The translations under genes and the position numbers were made by a program. The notes below the pieces were generated by a model, which had not been told where the DNA came from, did no database searches, and was given only the letters and a program-made list of their open reading frames with translations. Shown here in pieces: positions 16,278-26,732 of a stretch of DNA of 48,584 bases; the stretch's first letter is position 1; each line of letters begins with the position of its first letter. Origin of the DNA: Akkermansia muciniphila (GTDB lineage Bacteria > Verrucomicrobiota > Verrucomicrobiia > Limisphaerales > UBA9464); contig CAMASJ010000002.1 of the NCBI GenBank assembly GCA_945860685.1, positions 1 through 48,584 on the forward strand. The letters are read 5' to 3'.

Positions 16278-19200
16278 TCACCGCGTGATGGTCTCGTTGA
16301 GGTTCAGCAGCACGTTGGCGACGGAGGTCATCGCCGCGAGGCGCGCGGGGTCGACGCCCTCGGGCGCCTTCGACTCGCCGACCTTCAGCAGCTCGGCCGC
16401 CGCCTTGGGGTCCGCCTGGAAGCGGGCCAGCTCGTCGTCGTGGGTCTTGCGCAGCACGGCGGTCTCGTCCGGCTGCGGCTGCCGTCCCAGCGTGTGTCGG
16501 AACGCGCGCAGGATCCGGCGGTCCACGTCGTCGGGCTCCTCGCGGAGGACGCGCTGGGCCAGGCCGCGCGCCGCCTCGACGAAGGCCGGGTCGTTCATCA
16601 GCACCAGCGATTGGAGCGGCGTCTGGGTGCGTTGGCGGAGGAAGGTGCAGACCTCGCGGTTCGGGGCGTCGAAGGTGGCGAAGGCCGGGTAGTGCGCCGA
16701 ACGCCGCCAGAACACGTACATGCCGCGGCGGTACAGCGCCTCGCCGTGGTCCTGCACGAAGACGGAGTCGGTGCCGTCCCACAGGCCCGCCGGCTGGTAG
16801 GGCTTCACGCTCGGGCCGCCGATGTTCGTGTTCAGCAGTCCGGCCACCGCGAGGGCGTTGTCGCGGATCAGCTCGGCGTCGAGACGCAGCCGCGGGCCGC
16901 GGGAGAACACCGTGTTGTAGGGATCCTTCTCCAGCTTCTCCGGGGTGGCCGCGGCCGACTGCCGGTAGGTCGCGCTGGTCACGATCTCGCGCACGAGCGA
17001 CTTCACGCTCCACGCCGGCACGGTCTTCACCGAACGGCGCATGCCCTTGCCGACGGCCACCGACTCGCCGTCGCGGAACCGGGTGGCCAGGAAGTCCAGC
17101 AGCTCCGGGTGCGTCGGCCAGGCGCCCTGGGATCCGAAGTCGTTGATGGTCCGGACGAGTCCGTTGCCGAAGAACATCGCCCAGTAGCGGTTCACGGTGA
17201 CGCGTGCGGTGAGCGGGTGTTCCTTGGAAACGAGCCAGCGGGCGAGGGCGAGGCGGTTGGTCGGGCCCGGCGGCAGCGGCGGCAGGAAGGCCGGCGTGCC
17301 CGGGGAGACCTTCTCGCCGGGGGTGCGGAAGTCGCCGCGGACCAACACGAACGTGTCCCGCGGCGGATCCATCTCCTCCATGATCAGCGTGGTCGGGATG
17401 GCCGAGTAGAAGCCGTCCTTGACCCGGCGCGCCTCGGCGAGGGCCTTCTCCGCGCGGAGGTAGTCCACCGCTTGGAAGGCCTTGTAGAACTGCGCGAGGT
17501 CGCCGCGTTCCTCGTCGCTGCGCTTGCCGCGGGACTTGGCCACCAGCGGGCGGAACCCGTCGAGATGCCACGCCGACACGGCCTCCATCGGAAGCACGCG
17601 GTCGAAGAACCGCAGGTCGTCGACCTGGCCGTTGAGGAAGGCCTCGCCGTCCCGCGAACCGATCCGCAGCGGACCGCCGTCGGCGATCGTCCCGGTGAGG
17701 GCGTCCTTCTCCGTCTCCAGACCCTGCACGCGGCCGTCCACGACGATGCGCACGCCGCCGGCCTTGCCGCTGCCGTCGTGGCTGACCACGAGATGGACCC
17801 AGCGGTTCTGGGGAAGCTGTTCCCGGGTCCGCACCTTCAGCGCGTTGGTCGGCCAGGCGTGGCTCAGGTGCACCTGGAGCCGACGGTCTCCGACGAGCAG
17901 GTCGAGGCCGCGGAACTCCGGTCCGCGGCCCATGCGGCTGAGGATCGCGCCGTCGCCGGCGAGCCGGACCCAGGCGGCGATGCTGAACGCGTTGGTGCGG
18001 TCGGCCTTCCAGGCGTCGCCGAAGTCGGCATGGGATTTCCCGTCGAGGACCAGCGCCTGGCCGAGCCGGGCCGGGGCGAACGCAGGCGCGTTCGAGGCGC
18101 CCTTCCACGCGCCGGCTTCCAGCGTGCCGTCGAACTTCAGCGAGGCGACGAGGCCGTTGGTCGGGGCCGGGGCCGGCGGACGTTCCTGGAGTTCCCGCTC
18201 CCACTTCTCCTGCGTTTCGCCCAGTTCGTTGATGCGGTCCTGCAGGGTCTTCTCGGCGTCCTTGAGGCGGAAGTCGGCCTCGACGAACCGGCGTGCCTGC
18301 TCGGTGGTCGGCACCGGGAGGCGCGGGGGCGGGTTGTCGGTGCGGATGCGGTCGAGGCCCTTCTCCGGCACGTTGTGGAAGAACGCGTAGAGCCGGTAGA
18401 ACTCCTTGGTCGTGATCGGGTCGTACTTGTGGTCGTGGCACTCGGTGCAGCCGACGGTCATGCCGAGCCAGGTCGCTCCGAGTGTGTTGACCCGGTCGAC
18501 GACGTACTTGTTGAGGTACTCGTCCGGGTCGGCGCCGCCCTCGTCGTTGGTCATGTTGTTGCGCACGAACCCGGTCGCCACGCGCTGGGATTCGGTCGGC
18601 CCGGGAAGCTGGTCGCCGGCGAGCTGCTCGACGGTGAACTGGTCGTAGGGCTTGTCCTGGTTGAAGGCGTCGATGACCCAGTCGCGCCAGAGCCACATGA
18701 AGCGGACGCCGTCGAAGTGGTAGCCACTGGTGTCGGCGAAGCGGGCGAGGTCCAGCCAGTTCTGGGCGAACCGCTCGCCGAAGTGCCGCGAGGCGAGCAA
18801 CCGGTCCACGACCCGTTCGTAGGCGTCCGCCTTGCGGTCGGCGAGGAAGGCGTCGACCTCCCCGATGGTCGGCGGAAGGCCGGTCAGGTCCAGGGTGACG
18901 CGGCGCAGCAACGTCACGCGGTCGGGCTCGGCGTTGGGCTTCAGGCCCTCCTTCTCCAGGCGTGCGAGGACGAAGGTGTCGATCGGATTCCGGATCCAAC
19001 GGGAGTCCTTCACCTTGGGGACCTCCGGCCGGACCGGTGGGATGAACGACCAGTGGTTCTGCCAGGCGGCGCCTTCCTGCACCCAACGGCGCAGCAGCGC
19101 GACCTGCCCTGGCTTCAGCGGCTTGCCGTGGTCGGGCGGGGGCATGAGGTCGTCGGCGTCCTGCGTCTCGATGCGCGCCACCAGCGAGCTCTTCTCCGGC

Positions 19201-19478
19201 GAGCCGGCGACGAGGGCCGCCTGGCCGGACTTGAGCACGCGGAACGCGTCTTCCTGGCGGTCGAGACGGAGACCGGCCTTGCGCTTGGCCTCGTCCGGCC
19301 CGTGGCAGGTGTAGCAGTGCTCGGAGAGGATCGGCCGGATCTCGCGGTTGAAGTCCGCGGGGGTTGGCGGGACGGCGGCCGCGCCGTCGACGGCGCCAAC
19401 GGTTGCCGACAGGACGCCAAGGATCGCCGAGGCCATTCGGCGGAGGAACGACGGGGACGGATGCGGCCATCGGGACAT
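16278..19478 (-). CDS. PSCyt1 (planctomycete cytochrome c) / DUF1549 / LamG / DUF1553 multidomain protein
   Basis: The CYTCHG heme-binding CxxCH motif lies near the N-terminus (REIRPILSEHCYTCHGPDEAKRKAGLRLD). DUF1549 blocks and a central LamG-like segment (NAFSIAAWVRL...WVHLVVSHDG) follow, then DUF1553 C-terminal blocks (CTECHDHKYDP, NDFG). An alternative start is the ATG at 19436. Confidence 0.9.
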   Translation of the reverse strand: MSRWPHPSPSFLRRMASAILGVLSATVGAVDGAAAVPPTPADFNREIRPILSEHCYTCHGPDEAKRKAGLRLDRQEDAFRVLKSGQAALVAGSPEKSSLVARIETQDADDLMPPPDHGKPLKPGQVALLRRWVQEGAAWQNHWSFIPPVRPEVPKVKDSRWIRNPIDTFVLARLEKEGLKPNAEPDRVTLLRRVTLDLTGLPPTIGEVDAFLADRKADAYERVVDRLLASRHFGERFAQNWLDLARFADTSGYHFDGVRFMWLWRDWVIDAFNQDKPYDQFTVEQLAGDQLPGPTESQRVATGFVRNNMTNDEGGADPDEYLNKYVVDRVNTLGATWLGMTVGCTECHDHKYDPITTKEFYRLYAFFHNVPEKGLDRIRTDNPPPRLPVPTTEQARRFVEADFRLKDAEKTLQDRINELGETQEKWERELQERPPAPAPTNGLVASLKFDGTLEAGAWKGASNAPAFAPARLGQALVLDGKSHADFGDAWKADRTNAFSIAAWVRLAGDGAILSRMGRGPEFRGLDLLVGDRRLQVHLSHAWPTNALKVRTREQLPQNRWVHLVVSHDGSGKAGGVRIVVDGRVQGLETEKDALTGTIADGGPLRIGSRDGEAFLNGQVDDLRFFDRVLPMEAVSAWHLDGFRPLVAKSRGKRSDEERGDLAQFYKAFQAVDYLRAEKALAEARRVKDGFYSAIPTTLIMEEMDPPRDTFVLVRGDFRTPGEKVSPGTPAFLPPLPPGPTNRLALARWLVSKEHPLTARVTVNRYWAMFFGNGLVRTINDFGSQGAWPTHPELLDFLATRFRDGESVAVGKGMRRSVKTVPAWSVKSLVREIVTSATYRQSAAATPEKLEKDPYNTVFSRGPRLRLDAELIRDNALAVAGLLNTNIGGPSVKPYQPAGLWDGTDSVFVQDHGEALYRRGMYVFWRRSAHYPAFATFDAPNREVCTFLRQRTQTPLQSLVLMNDPAFVEAARGLAQRVLREEPDDVDRRILRAFRHTLGRQPQPDETAVLRKTHDDELARFQADPKAAAELLKVGESKAPEGVDPARLAAMTSVANVLLNLNETITR

Positions 19479-19547
19479 GCGTTCGATACTGGACCCGTCA
19501 GACCGCCTACAGCAACCCCGGGCCGCCCGGAAGGGGGGAGATGCGGG

Positions 19548-19573
19548 GGAGTTTCATGTTTTCAGTTTTCAGC
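19548..19573 (+). repeat. GGAGTTTCATGTTTTCAGTTTTCAGC word (TTTTCAG family)
   Basis: Direct reading; related to 14324-14342. Confidence 0.7.
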
Positions 19574-19620
19574 GGGGAAGCGGTGAACAGGCTGCGACGG
19601 GTCGTCCCCTGGCCGCAGGC

Positions 19621-19669
19621 GGACAACTAACAACGAACTGCTCTCTCCGTGTCCTCTGTGCCTCCGTGG
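19621..19669 (+). repeat. heptamer arrays GGACAAC TAACAAC GAACTGC, followed by TCTCTCC GTGTCCT CTGTGCC TCCGTGG
   Basis: Direct reading; 7-bp periodicity. Confidence 0.65.
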
Positions 19670-19716
19670 CCAGTCTGGAGAAGCGGTTGCGATGGGCCGG
19701 GCCCGCCACGGGCCAC

Positions 19717-19737
19717 TGACAACGGACAACTGGCAAC
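19717..19737 (+). repeat. heptamer array TGACAAC GGACAAC TGGCAAC
   Basis: Direct reading; same word family as 19621-19641. Confidence 0.7.
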
Positions 19738-20153
19738 GCCCGTACCAACCCCAATGGAGACAGAAAACCCGGAGGGCTGTGGAGCGTCCTCCGGGCCAGT
19801 GTTCTGAAGCAGCGGCTCAGGCCTGTTCGCCCAAGTCGTTCGGGGATGTGGGTAGGACCTTTGTCACAACCATGATGGCCGTGACGGGGGGATGGAATCC
19901 TCCACCAATCTGGGATCGATGAGGGGCTCCGGTTTCCACGGTGGCGGGCGCAGCTTATCCCTTGCCAACCGTACTTTTTGCTGGACGAGGCGGTAATTCG
20001 GGGTTTCCGGTGGATGATTTGCCTCCGGGTGGCGTGTTTTGCTCAGTGCTGTGGCGTCTTCCGGGGAAATGCGGCTGAAAATGCCGGTCGGGTTGGGCGT
20101 TTGGATTCCGCTCTGGACACCCCGTCGGGTTGGCCGAACCGTGTCCCACCGCG

Positions 20154-23100
20154 ATGCCCGCCGACTTCGCCCATCTGCATCTCCACACCGAGTTCTCGCT
20201 GCTCGACGCAGCCTGTCGTCTGGACCGCCTGATGGAGCGGGCGAAGGAGCTGCAGTTCCCCGCGATCGCCATGACGGACCATGGCAACATGTTCGGCGCC
20301 ATCGAGTTCTACTCGGCCGCGAAGAAGGCCGGCATCAAGCCGATCATCGGCTGCGAGGTGTATGTGGCTCCGGGCTCGCGTCTGGACCGCAAGCAGGGCG
20401 CCGGAGGGATGCGGGACGTGTACAACCACCTGGTGTTGTTGGCCCGGAACGAGGAGGGCTACGCGAACCTGGTGAAGCTCGTCACCGCGGCCAACCTCGA
20501 GGGCTACTACTACAAGCCGCGCATCGACAAGGAGCTGCTGGCGCGGCACGGCGCGGGACTGATCGGTCTCAGCGGCTGCCTGGCGAGCGAGATCCCGGAG
20601 TCGATCGTGAAGGACGACCTCAAGCGGGCGAAGGACGCCATCGACTTCTTCAAGCAGGTGTTCGGTCCGGAGAACTTCTACCTAGAACTCCAGAACCACG
20701 GCATCCCCGAGCAGGCCAAGGTCAACCGCCAGCTGTTGCCGTGGGCCAAGGACTTCGGCCTCAAGTGCGTCGCCACCAACGACGTCCATTACGTCAAGAA
20801 GGAGCACTCGCGCTCCCATGACTGCCTGATCTGCATCGGCACCCAGGCTCAGTTGAGCGACACCAAGCGGATGCGGTACCAGCAGGAGCAGTTCTTCCTG
20901 CGGTCGCCGGATGAGATGAAGCGGCTGTTCGCCGAGACGCCGGAGGCGGTGCTGAACACGGTGGAGGTGGCGGAGAAGTGCCATCTCGAGATCAAGTTCG
21001 GAAAGGGCGCCGAACACTACCCGGTGTTCCAGCCGCCGGAGACGTGGACCCGCGAGGGTTATCTGCGTCGGCTGCTCTGCGACGGCCTCGAGCGGCGCTA
21101 CGCGATCGAGGCCCATGTGGAAGGCGCGCGGATCGTGGTGGACGGCATCCGCGACACGCGTCGGCTGGCCTTCCTCTTCCCGCCGCCCCCGGCCCCCGCA
21201 GCCGTCCCGGCCGGGGAATCCGGGGATCCGTCGTCGGAATCCCCGGCGCCGACCCCCGTGCCCCCCGCGGTGCCCGAACCGGTGCCGGCGGACGATCCGC
21301 GGGTCCAGGAGGCCATCGCCAAGCTGTTGGCCCGGCTGGACCTTGAGCTGGGGGTGATCGAGAAGACCGGCTACGTCTCGTACTTCCTCATCGTCGGCGA
21401 CTTCGTCCGCTGGGGCCGCGACAACGGCATCGCGTGCGTGGCGCGCGGTTCCGCGGCCGGTTCGATGGTCACGTACCTGCTGGAGATCGCGAACGTCGAT
21501 CCGCTGCGTTACGGCCTGCTCTTCGAACGCTTCCTGAACCCGGAGCGGGTGAGCCCGCCCGACATCGACATCGACTTCGCGGACGACCGCCGGCAGGAGG
21601 TCATCGAGTACGTGCGGCAGAAGTACGGGCGCGAGGCGGTGGCGCAGATCATCACCTTCGGCACCATGGGGGCGAAGTCGGTGATCCGGGACGTGGGCCG
21701 CGTGATGGGGCTCGGGTTCGGGGAGACGGATCGTCTGGCGAAGATGATCACCGACGTGAAGTGGGGGTTGAAGGACGCGTTGGAGAAGAGCGCGGAGTTC
21801 AAGCAGGCCTTCGAGAGCGAGGAGGTGACCCGGGAGCTGGTGGAGACGGCGCTGCTGCTGGAGGACCAGACGCGGAGCGTGGGCGTGCATGCGGCCGGCG
21901 TGGTGATCGGGGCGCAGCCGCTCGTGAACCTGCTGCCGCTGAAGCAGGACGACGACGGCGGCATCGTGACGCAGTATGCGATGGGTCCGGTCGGCGACCT
22001 GGGCCTGTTGAAGATGGACTTCCTGGGGTTGAAGACCCTGACGGTGATCCGGAACTCGGTGGAGATGATCCGTCAGACCACGGGGAAGGAGATCGTCATC
22101 GACGACCTGCCGTTGGACGACGCGAAGACCTACGAGCTGTTGAACAACGCGCAGACGCTCGGGGTGTTCCAGCTGGAATCCGGTGGCATGCGGGACCTCT
22201 GCAAGAAGTTCAAGATCGCCTCGGTGGAGCACATCACGGCGTTGATCTCGCTCTACCGGCCGGGCCCGATGGACCTGATTCCGGACTTCATCAAGCGCCG
22301 GCACGGGGAGCAGGAGATCGAGTATCCTCATCCGTTGCTGGAGCCGATCGCGCGCGAGACCTACGGCATCCTGATCTACCAGGAGCAGGTGATGCAGGCG
22401 GCGCAGATCCTGGGCGGCTACACGCTGGGCCGCGCCGACCTGCTGCGGCGGGCGATGGGCAAGAAGAAGATCGAGGAGATGGCGGTGCAGCGGGAGAGCT
22501 TCGTGAAGGGCTGCGCCGAGACGAACGGCATCGCCGCGCCCAAGGCGAACGAGGTGTTCGACCTGCTCGAGAAGTTCGCCGGCTACGGCTTCAACAAGTC
22601 GCACGCGGCGGCCTATGCGGTCGTCGCTTACCAGACTGCCTGGCTGAAGGCCAACCATCCCGTGGAGTTCCTCTGCGCGATGATGACCAACGACCAGGGG
22701 GACACCGCGAAGCTGAGCCAGTACATCGGCGAGGCGAAGGGCTTCGGCATCCGCACCCTTGGGCCGGACGTCAACGAATCCCGCCTGAACTTCGCGCCGG
22801 CGACGTCGTCCGACGGCACCGGCCGGACGGTCATCCGCTTCGGCCTCGCCGCGATCAAGGGCGTGGGCGAGGTGGCGGTACAATCGATCCTCGAAGCCCG
22901 GGCCTCGGGCGGGCGGTTCACGTCGCTGGAGGACCTCTGCGCTCGGGTGGACCTGCGGGCGGTGAACCGCAAGGGATTGGAGGCGTTGGTGAAGGCGGGG
23001 GCCTGCGACTCGATCGGCGTCAACCGGGCCACGGTGTTCTCGCAGGTGGAACATGCGATGGGGCTTGCCAGCGCCGCCGCCGCGGACCGGGCCCGGGGGC

Positions 23101-23888
23101 AGGTCTCGTTCTTCGACGCCTTCGAGACCGCGGTCGCCGGTCCGAAGAAGGCGGAGAAGGTCGCGATCCTCGAGGAATGGCCGATCGCCCAGAGGCTGGC
23201 GGACGAGAAGGAGCTGGTGGGCTTCTACGTGAGCGGTCATCCGCTGGAGCCCTACGAGAAGCTCCTGTCCCGTCACGCCACCCACACCATCGAGCAGCTG
23301 GCGGCGCTTCCCACGCGGAGCATGGCCCGCGTCGGCGGCCTGGTGACGACGGTGCAGAAGGGGTCCTCGAAGAAGACCGGAAAGCCCTACGCGATGGTCA
23401 CCCTGGAGGACATGAGCGGGACGGCGACGATCCTGGCCATGAACGAGTCCTACGAGAAGTACGTGGACCTCTTCGTGGCGAACCAGCCGCTGCTGGTGAC
23501 GGCGGAGGTGAGCACGGGCGAGGACAAGCCCAAGCTGTTCCCCCAGGAGATCCTGCGCCTCGACGACGCCCCGCGGAAGTTCACCAAGCGCATCCAGCTC
23601 CGGATGCGGTCGGAACAGCTCCAGGGATCCCGGCTCGAGGAACTGCGGTCGGTGATGGAGGCCCACAAGGGCGGCGTGCCCGTGTACCTGTGCCTGCGGC
23701 TGCCGGGCGGCGAGGCGGTGTGGATCGAGCCGAACGACCGCTACCAGGTGATGGCGTCGCGGGCGTTCGAGGAGGCGGTGGTCGGGATGTTCGGCGAGGA
23801 CGCGGTGCAGGTGAAGTCGGACAACAGCCTGCCCGAGCGCGCCCAACGGCGCTGGGAGAAGCGGGGTGGCGGCGGCGACGACGAGTGA
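20154..23888 (+). CDS. dnaE: DNA polymerase III subunit alpha
   Basis: MPADFAHLHLHTEFSLLDAA is the PHP domain start. Also present are GYYYKPRID, FLIVGDFV, GRGSAAGS, DIDIDF, the fingers/palm blocks, HAAAYA and the OB-fold region. The ATG at 20154 lies inside the TTG-initiated ORF 20130. Confidence 0.97.
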   Translation: MPADFAHLHLHTEFSLLDAACRLDRLMERAKELQFPAIAMTDHGNMFGAIEFYSAAKKAGIKPIIGCEVYVAPGSRLDRKQGAGGMRDVYNHLVLLARNEEGYANLVKLVTAANLEGYYYKPRIDKELLARHGAGLIGLSGCLASEIPESIVKDDLKRAKDAIDFFKQVFGPENFYLELQNHGIPEQAKVNRQLLPWAKDFGLKCVATNDVHYVKKEHSRSHDCLICIGTQAQLSDTKRMRYQQEQFFLRSPDEMKRLFAETPEAVLNTVEVAEKCHLEIKFGKGAEHYPVFQPPETWTREGYLRRLLCDGLERRYAIEAHVEGARIVVDGIRDTRRLAFLFPPPPAPAAVPAGESGDPSSESPAPTPVPPAVPEPVPADDPRVQEAIAKLLARLDLELGVIEKTGYVSYFLIVGDFVRWGRDNGIACVARGSAAGSMVTYLLEIANVDPLRYGLLFERFLNPERVSPPDIDIDFADDRRQEVIEYVRQKYGREAVAQIITFGTMGAKSVIRDVGRVMGLGFGETDRLAKMITDVKWGLKDALEKSAEFKQAFESEEVTRELVETALLLEDQTRSVGVHAAGVVIGAQPLVNLLPLKQDDDGGIVTQYAMGPVGDLGLLKMDFLGLKTLTVIRNSVEMIRQTTGKEIVIDDLPLDDAKTYELLNNAQTLGVFQLESGGMRDLCKKFKIASVEHITALISLYRPGPMDLIPDFIKRRHGEQEIEYPHPLLEPIARETYGILIYQEQVMQAAQILGGYTLGRADLLRRAMGKKKIEEMAVQRESFVKGCAETNGIAAPKANEVFDLLEKFAGYGFNKSHAAAYAVVAYQTAWLKANHPVEFLCAMMTNDQGDTAKLSQYIGEAKGFGIRTLGPDVNESRLNFAPATSSDGTGRTVIRFGLAAIKGVGEVAVQSILEARASGGRFTSLEDLCARVDLRAVNRKGLEALVKAGACDSIGVNRATVFSQVEHAMGLASAAAADRARGQVSFFDAFETAVAGPKKAEKVAILEEWPIAQRLADEKELVGFYVSGHPLEPYEKLLSRHATHTIEQLAALPTRSMARVGGLVTTVQKGSSKKTGKPYAMVTLEDMSGTATILAMNESYEKYVDLFVANQPLLVTAEVSTGEDKPKLFPQEILRLDDAPRKFTKRIQLRMRSEQLQGSRLEELRSVMEAHKGGVPVYLCLRLPGGEAVWIEPNDRYQVMASRAFEEAVVGMFGEDAVQVKSDNSLPERAQRRWEKRGGGGDDE

Positions 23889-23957
23889 GCCGGAACCGTT
23901 CCGCGGGAGCCAAGGCGGACTTCAGGCAATTGCGGAAGGGAATGCGCCTCCTTCCGC

Positions 23958-24689
23958 GTGAGTCGGGGGAGGTTGGTGGTCCGCGCCTTCTGGGCTGCCG
24001 CCGCCGGAGTCGTGATTCACGTCGCCTTGCGCAGACGGATCCGTGCCTCGAACCCGCTGGGGTCGGCGTTGCGGAACGCTACCTGTCCGCCGCACGCGGT
24101 CGCCATCTACCGGCTTGAGGGCATCACCGACGCCTCGCCGCCGGTGGTCACCCTGTTGAACCGCGACAACTTCTCGCCCGTTTCCGTGGCCCGCGTCGGG
24201 TTCAACCTGCCGGAAGGCGCTCTCCTCCACGGCACCCGTCTCTGGGTGGCGGACACCAGCTACAACCGGGTGTTGGGATGGAACTCGATGGAAGAGGTGC
24301 TGGCCGGCGCCCGTGCGTCCTTGATCCTGGGAGCGGCGGACACCTCCGACGTCGGACCCAACATCGGCCGTTCCAGCCTCTTCATGCCGGGTAGTCTGGC
24401 CTGGGACGGCTCCTGCCTCTGGGTCGGTGAGTTCAAGTTCTCCAGCCGGCTGCTGCGGTTCAGTCCCCAGCCGGTGGCGGTCGAACGGGCCGCGGTCGAG
24501 CAGGGGCGTCTGCAGTTGGAGATCCATGGCGCCCCGGGACAGGAGTTCTCGGTGCAGAGCTCGACCAACCTGCTGGAATGGAAATCCGGGGGGACCGGGC
24601 GGATACCGTCCGACGGTTCCCGGGTCTCGGTTTCAGCGGTGGTGGACGGCGCCTCGGTCGGGAACTTCCTGCGGACGTTGGAACAGTGA
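23958..24689 (+). CDS. hypothetical protein with two NHL-like propeller blades and a C-terminal beta-sandwich tail; possibly a gene fragment
   Basis: The ORF starts with GTG. FNLPEGALLHGTRLWVADTSYNRVLGWN and LFMPGSLAWDGSCLWVGEFKFSSRLLRF resemble NHL repeats, but there are only 2 blades. The tail is LQLEIHGAPGQEFSVQSSTNLLEW. The start codon is uncertain. Confidence 0.5.
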   Translation: MSRGRLVVRAFWAAAAGVVIHVALRRRIRASNPLGSALRNATCPPHAVAIYRLEGITDASPPVVTLLNRDNFSPVSVARVGFNLPEGALLHGTRLWVADTSYNRVLGWNSMEEVLAGARASLILGAADTSDVGPNIGRSSLFMPGSLAWDGSCLWVGEFKFSSRLLRFSPQPVAVERAAVEQGRLQLEIHGAPGQEFSVQSSTNLLEWKSGGTGRIPSDGSRVSVSAVVDGASVGNFLRTLEQ

Positions 24690-24732
24690 CGGCGAGGTTA
24701 CGGTCGGGGAACCCTCGCAGCGGATGGAGAGT

Positions 24733-24764
24733 GCGGGTGCGGCTTCCGGTGAAGCCGCACCCGC
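24733..24764 (+). terminator. 14-bp perfect hairpin (GCGGGTGCGGCTTC-CGGT-GAAGCCGCACCCGC) downstream of the 23958..24689 ORF
   Basis: Direct reading. It lies 43 nt after the stop. There is no U-tract (followed by GAAAGG), so the terminator function is uncertain. Confidence 0.4.
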
Positions 24765-25049
24765 GAAAGGGGCCCCGGGTCGGACACGCCAAGGAGGCGA
24801 GGGTGGAGAACCCTGCTGAAATAAGCGCACCCGGCCCGGAACGGACGGACGAATGTTGGTTCTCCGGTGTCCGCCCAATCCCCGGTTTTCACCGGCGACC
24901 GAGGGGTTTCTAGATTCGCTTCCCGGTGGCGGCAATGCCGAAATCACCGTTTGGCTCCGGGCGATAACGTTCGCGAACCTTTGGGCCGGGTCATTCCTAC
25001 GGGAATCGCCGTCCGGCCATCCTTGAGGTCATGGAGGCGGCGAAGCGGA

Positions 25050-26222
25050 TCAGCGGAAGCAGATGCGGCGTACGGCTTCGTCGAAACCTTCAGCCCCGGC
25101 GAGGATCTTGATCTCGACGCGCATGAAGTACACCGGGAGGTCCCGGCGATCGAGTTTTGGGAAGCGCACGGCGTCCTTCTGGGTGGTGAGCAGCATGTCG
25201 GCGCGCCGCTTCTTGCCGCGGTTCACGGCGTCGAGCACCTCCTGCTGGGTGAACCGGTGATGGTCGGCGAACCGTCGGGCGAGGACGATCTCGGCGCCTA
25301 AATCCGCCAGCTTGGACTCGAAGGACTCGGGTTGGGCGATGCCGGTGAGGCTCGCCACCTTCCGACCGCGTAGAAGGTCCAGGCCGTGCCGCTCGCCGGT
25401 GAAGACGTCCTCGAAGTACAGGGGATGGTGCAGGCACTCGATGACGTCCGCCCGCGGATTGAGTTGGTGAATGCGTTCCCGGAGGGCGGCGGTGCGGCCG
25501 TCGCTCTTGGTCAGGAAGATCACGCTGGCCCGGGCGAGATGGGACGGCGGTTCGCGGAGTGTGCCGCGGGGAAGCAGGTACTCGTTGCCGAACGGTTGCT
25601 GGCAGTCGATGAGCACCACGTCCGTTCGGCGACCCGCGAGGCGCCAGTATTGGAAGCCGTCGTCGAGCAGGAGGGTGTCGCAGCCGAAATGCTCCACCGC
25701 ATAACGTCCCGCCTTCACCCGGTCCTTGTCCACCAGGACGACGACGTCCCTCAGGTTGGACGCCAGCATGTAGGGTTCGTCGCCGGCGGTCTCGGAATCG
25801 AGCAGCAGCGAGTGGCCATCGGAGACGATGCGTGGCGGCGTGGTGTCCTCGCGAAGGAGGAGCTTGTCGAGAAGGCGTTCGCTGACGGGCTTCGGTCGGG
25901 ACCGGTAGCCGCGCGAAAGGATGGCGACCTTCCGTCCGGCGTCCTGCAGGGCCCGGGCGAACTTCTCGACGACCGGCGTCTTGCCGGTACCTCCGACGGT
26001 GAGGTTGCCGACGGCGATCACCTGGACGCCGAGCGTGGAGTCCCGGAGGATGCGGAGCGAGTAGAGGAGCCGTCGCAGCTTCACGATGCCGGCGAAGACG
26101 TGCGAAAGACCTGCCAACAGGGTTCGTATGATGTCGGCCTTGCGGCCGGGGAGGCCGTCGAGGATGACGGCAAGGAGATAGGTCTCGGCCTCCTCGGTGT
26201 ACTTCTGCCATCGTTCTCGCAC
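25050..26222 (-). CDS. lpxK: tetraacyldisaccharide 4'-kinase
   Basis: [22 protein letters not shown] (P-loop) and ILSRGYRS, with LpxK length and architecture. GTG start at 26222. Confidence 0.92.
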   Translation of the reverse strand: MRERWQKYTEEAETYLLAVILDGLPGRKADIIRTLLAGLSHVFAGIVKLRRLLYSLRILRDSTLGVQVIAVGNLTVGGTGKTPVVEKFARALQDAGRKVAILSRGYRSRPKPVSERLLDKLLLREDTTPPRIVSDGHSLLLDSETAGDEPYMLASNLRDVVVLVDKDRVKAGRYAVEHFGCDTLLLDDGFQYWRLAGRRTDVVLIDCQQPFGNEYLLPRGTLREPPSHLARASVIFLTKSDGRTAALRERIHQLNPRADVIECLHHPLYFEDVFTGERHGLDLLRGRKVASLTGIAQPESFESKLADLGAEIVLARRFADHHRFTQQEVLDAVNRGKKRRADMLLTTQKDAVRFPKLDRRDLPVYFMRVEIKILAGAEGFDEAVRRICFR

Positions 26223-26314
26223 GGTGGTAGCGACCCTGACATCGGTGCCGACAACCGGGAAGTCCGCGCACGTTTTTGTGAAATCGGATTGTCAGCTTTT
26301 GGTTGCGCGGATAA

Positions 26315-26689
<375 letters not shown>

Positions 26690-26732
26690 CGCAAAGCGCA
26701 GAGAACCAACAAACCAACAGGAGTACAAATCC

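Noticed and set aside
19795-19830. GAAGCAGC-containing stretch as the SRP (4.5S) RNA domain IV.
   Set aside because: It lacks the conserved GGTCAGGTCCGGAAGGAAGCAGC core and the matching 3' strand.
23932-23957. Hairpin GCGGAAGG-10 nt-CCTTCCGC after dnaE as a terminator.
   Set aside because: The stem is only 8 bp with a large loop and no U-tract. It also abuts the GTG of the next ORF, so it is too weak to call.
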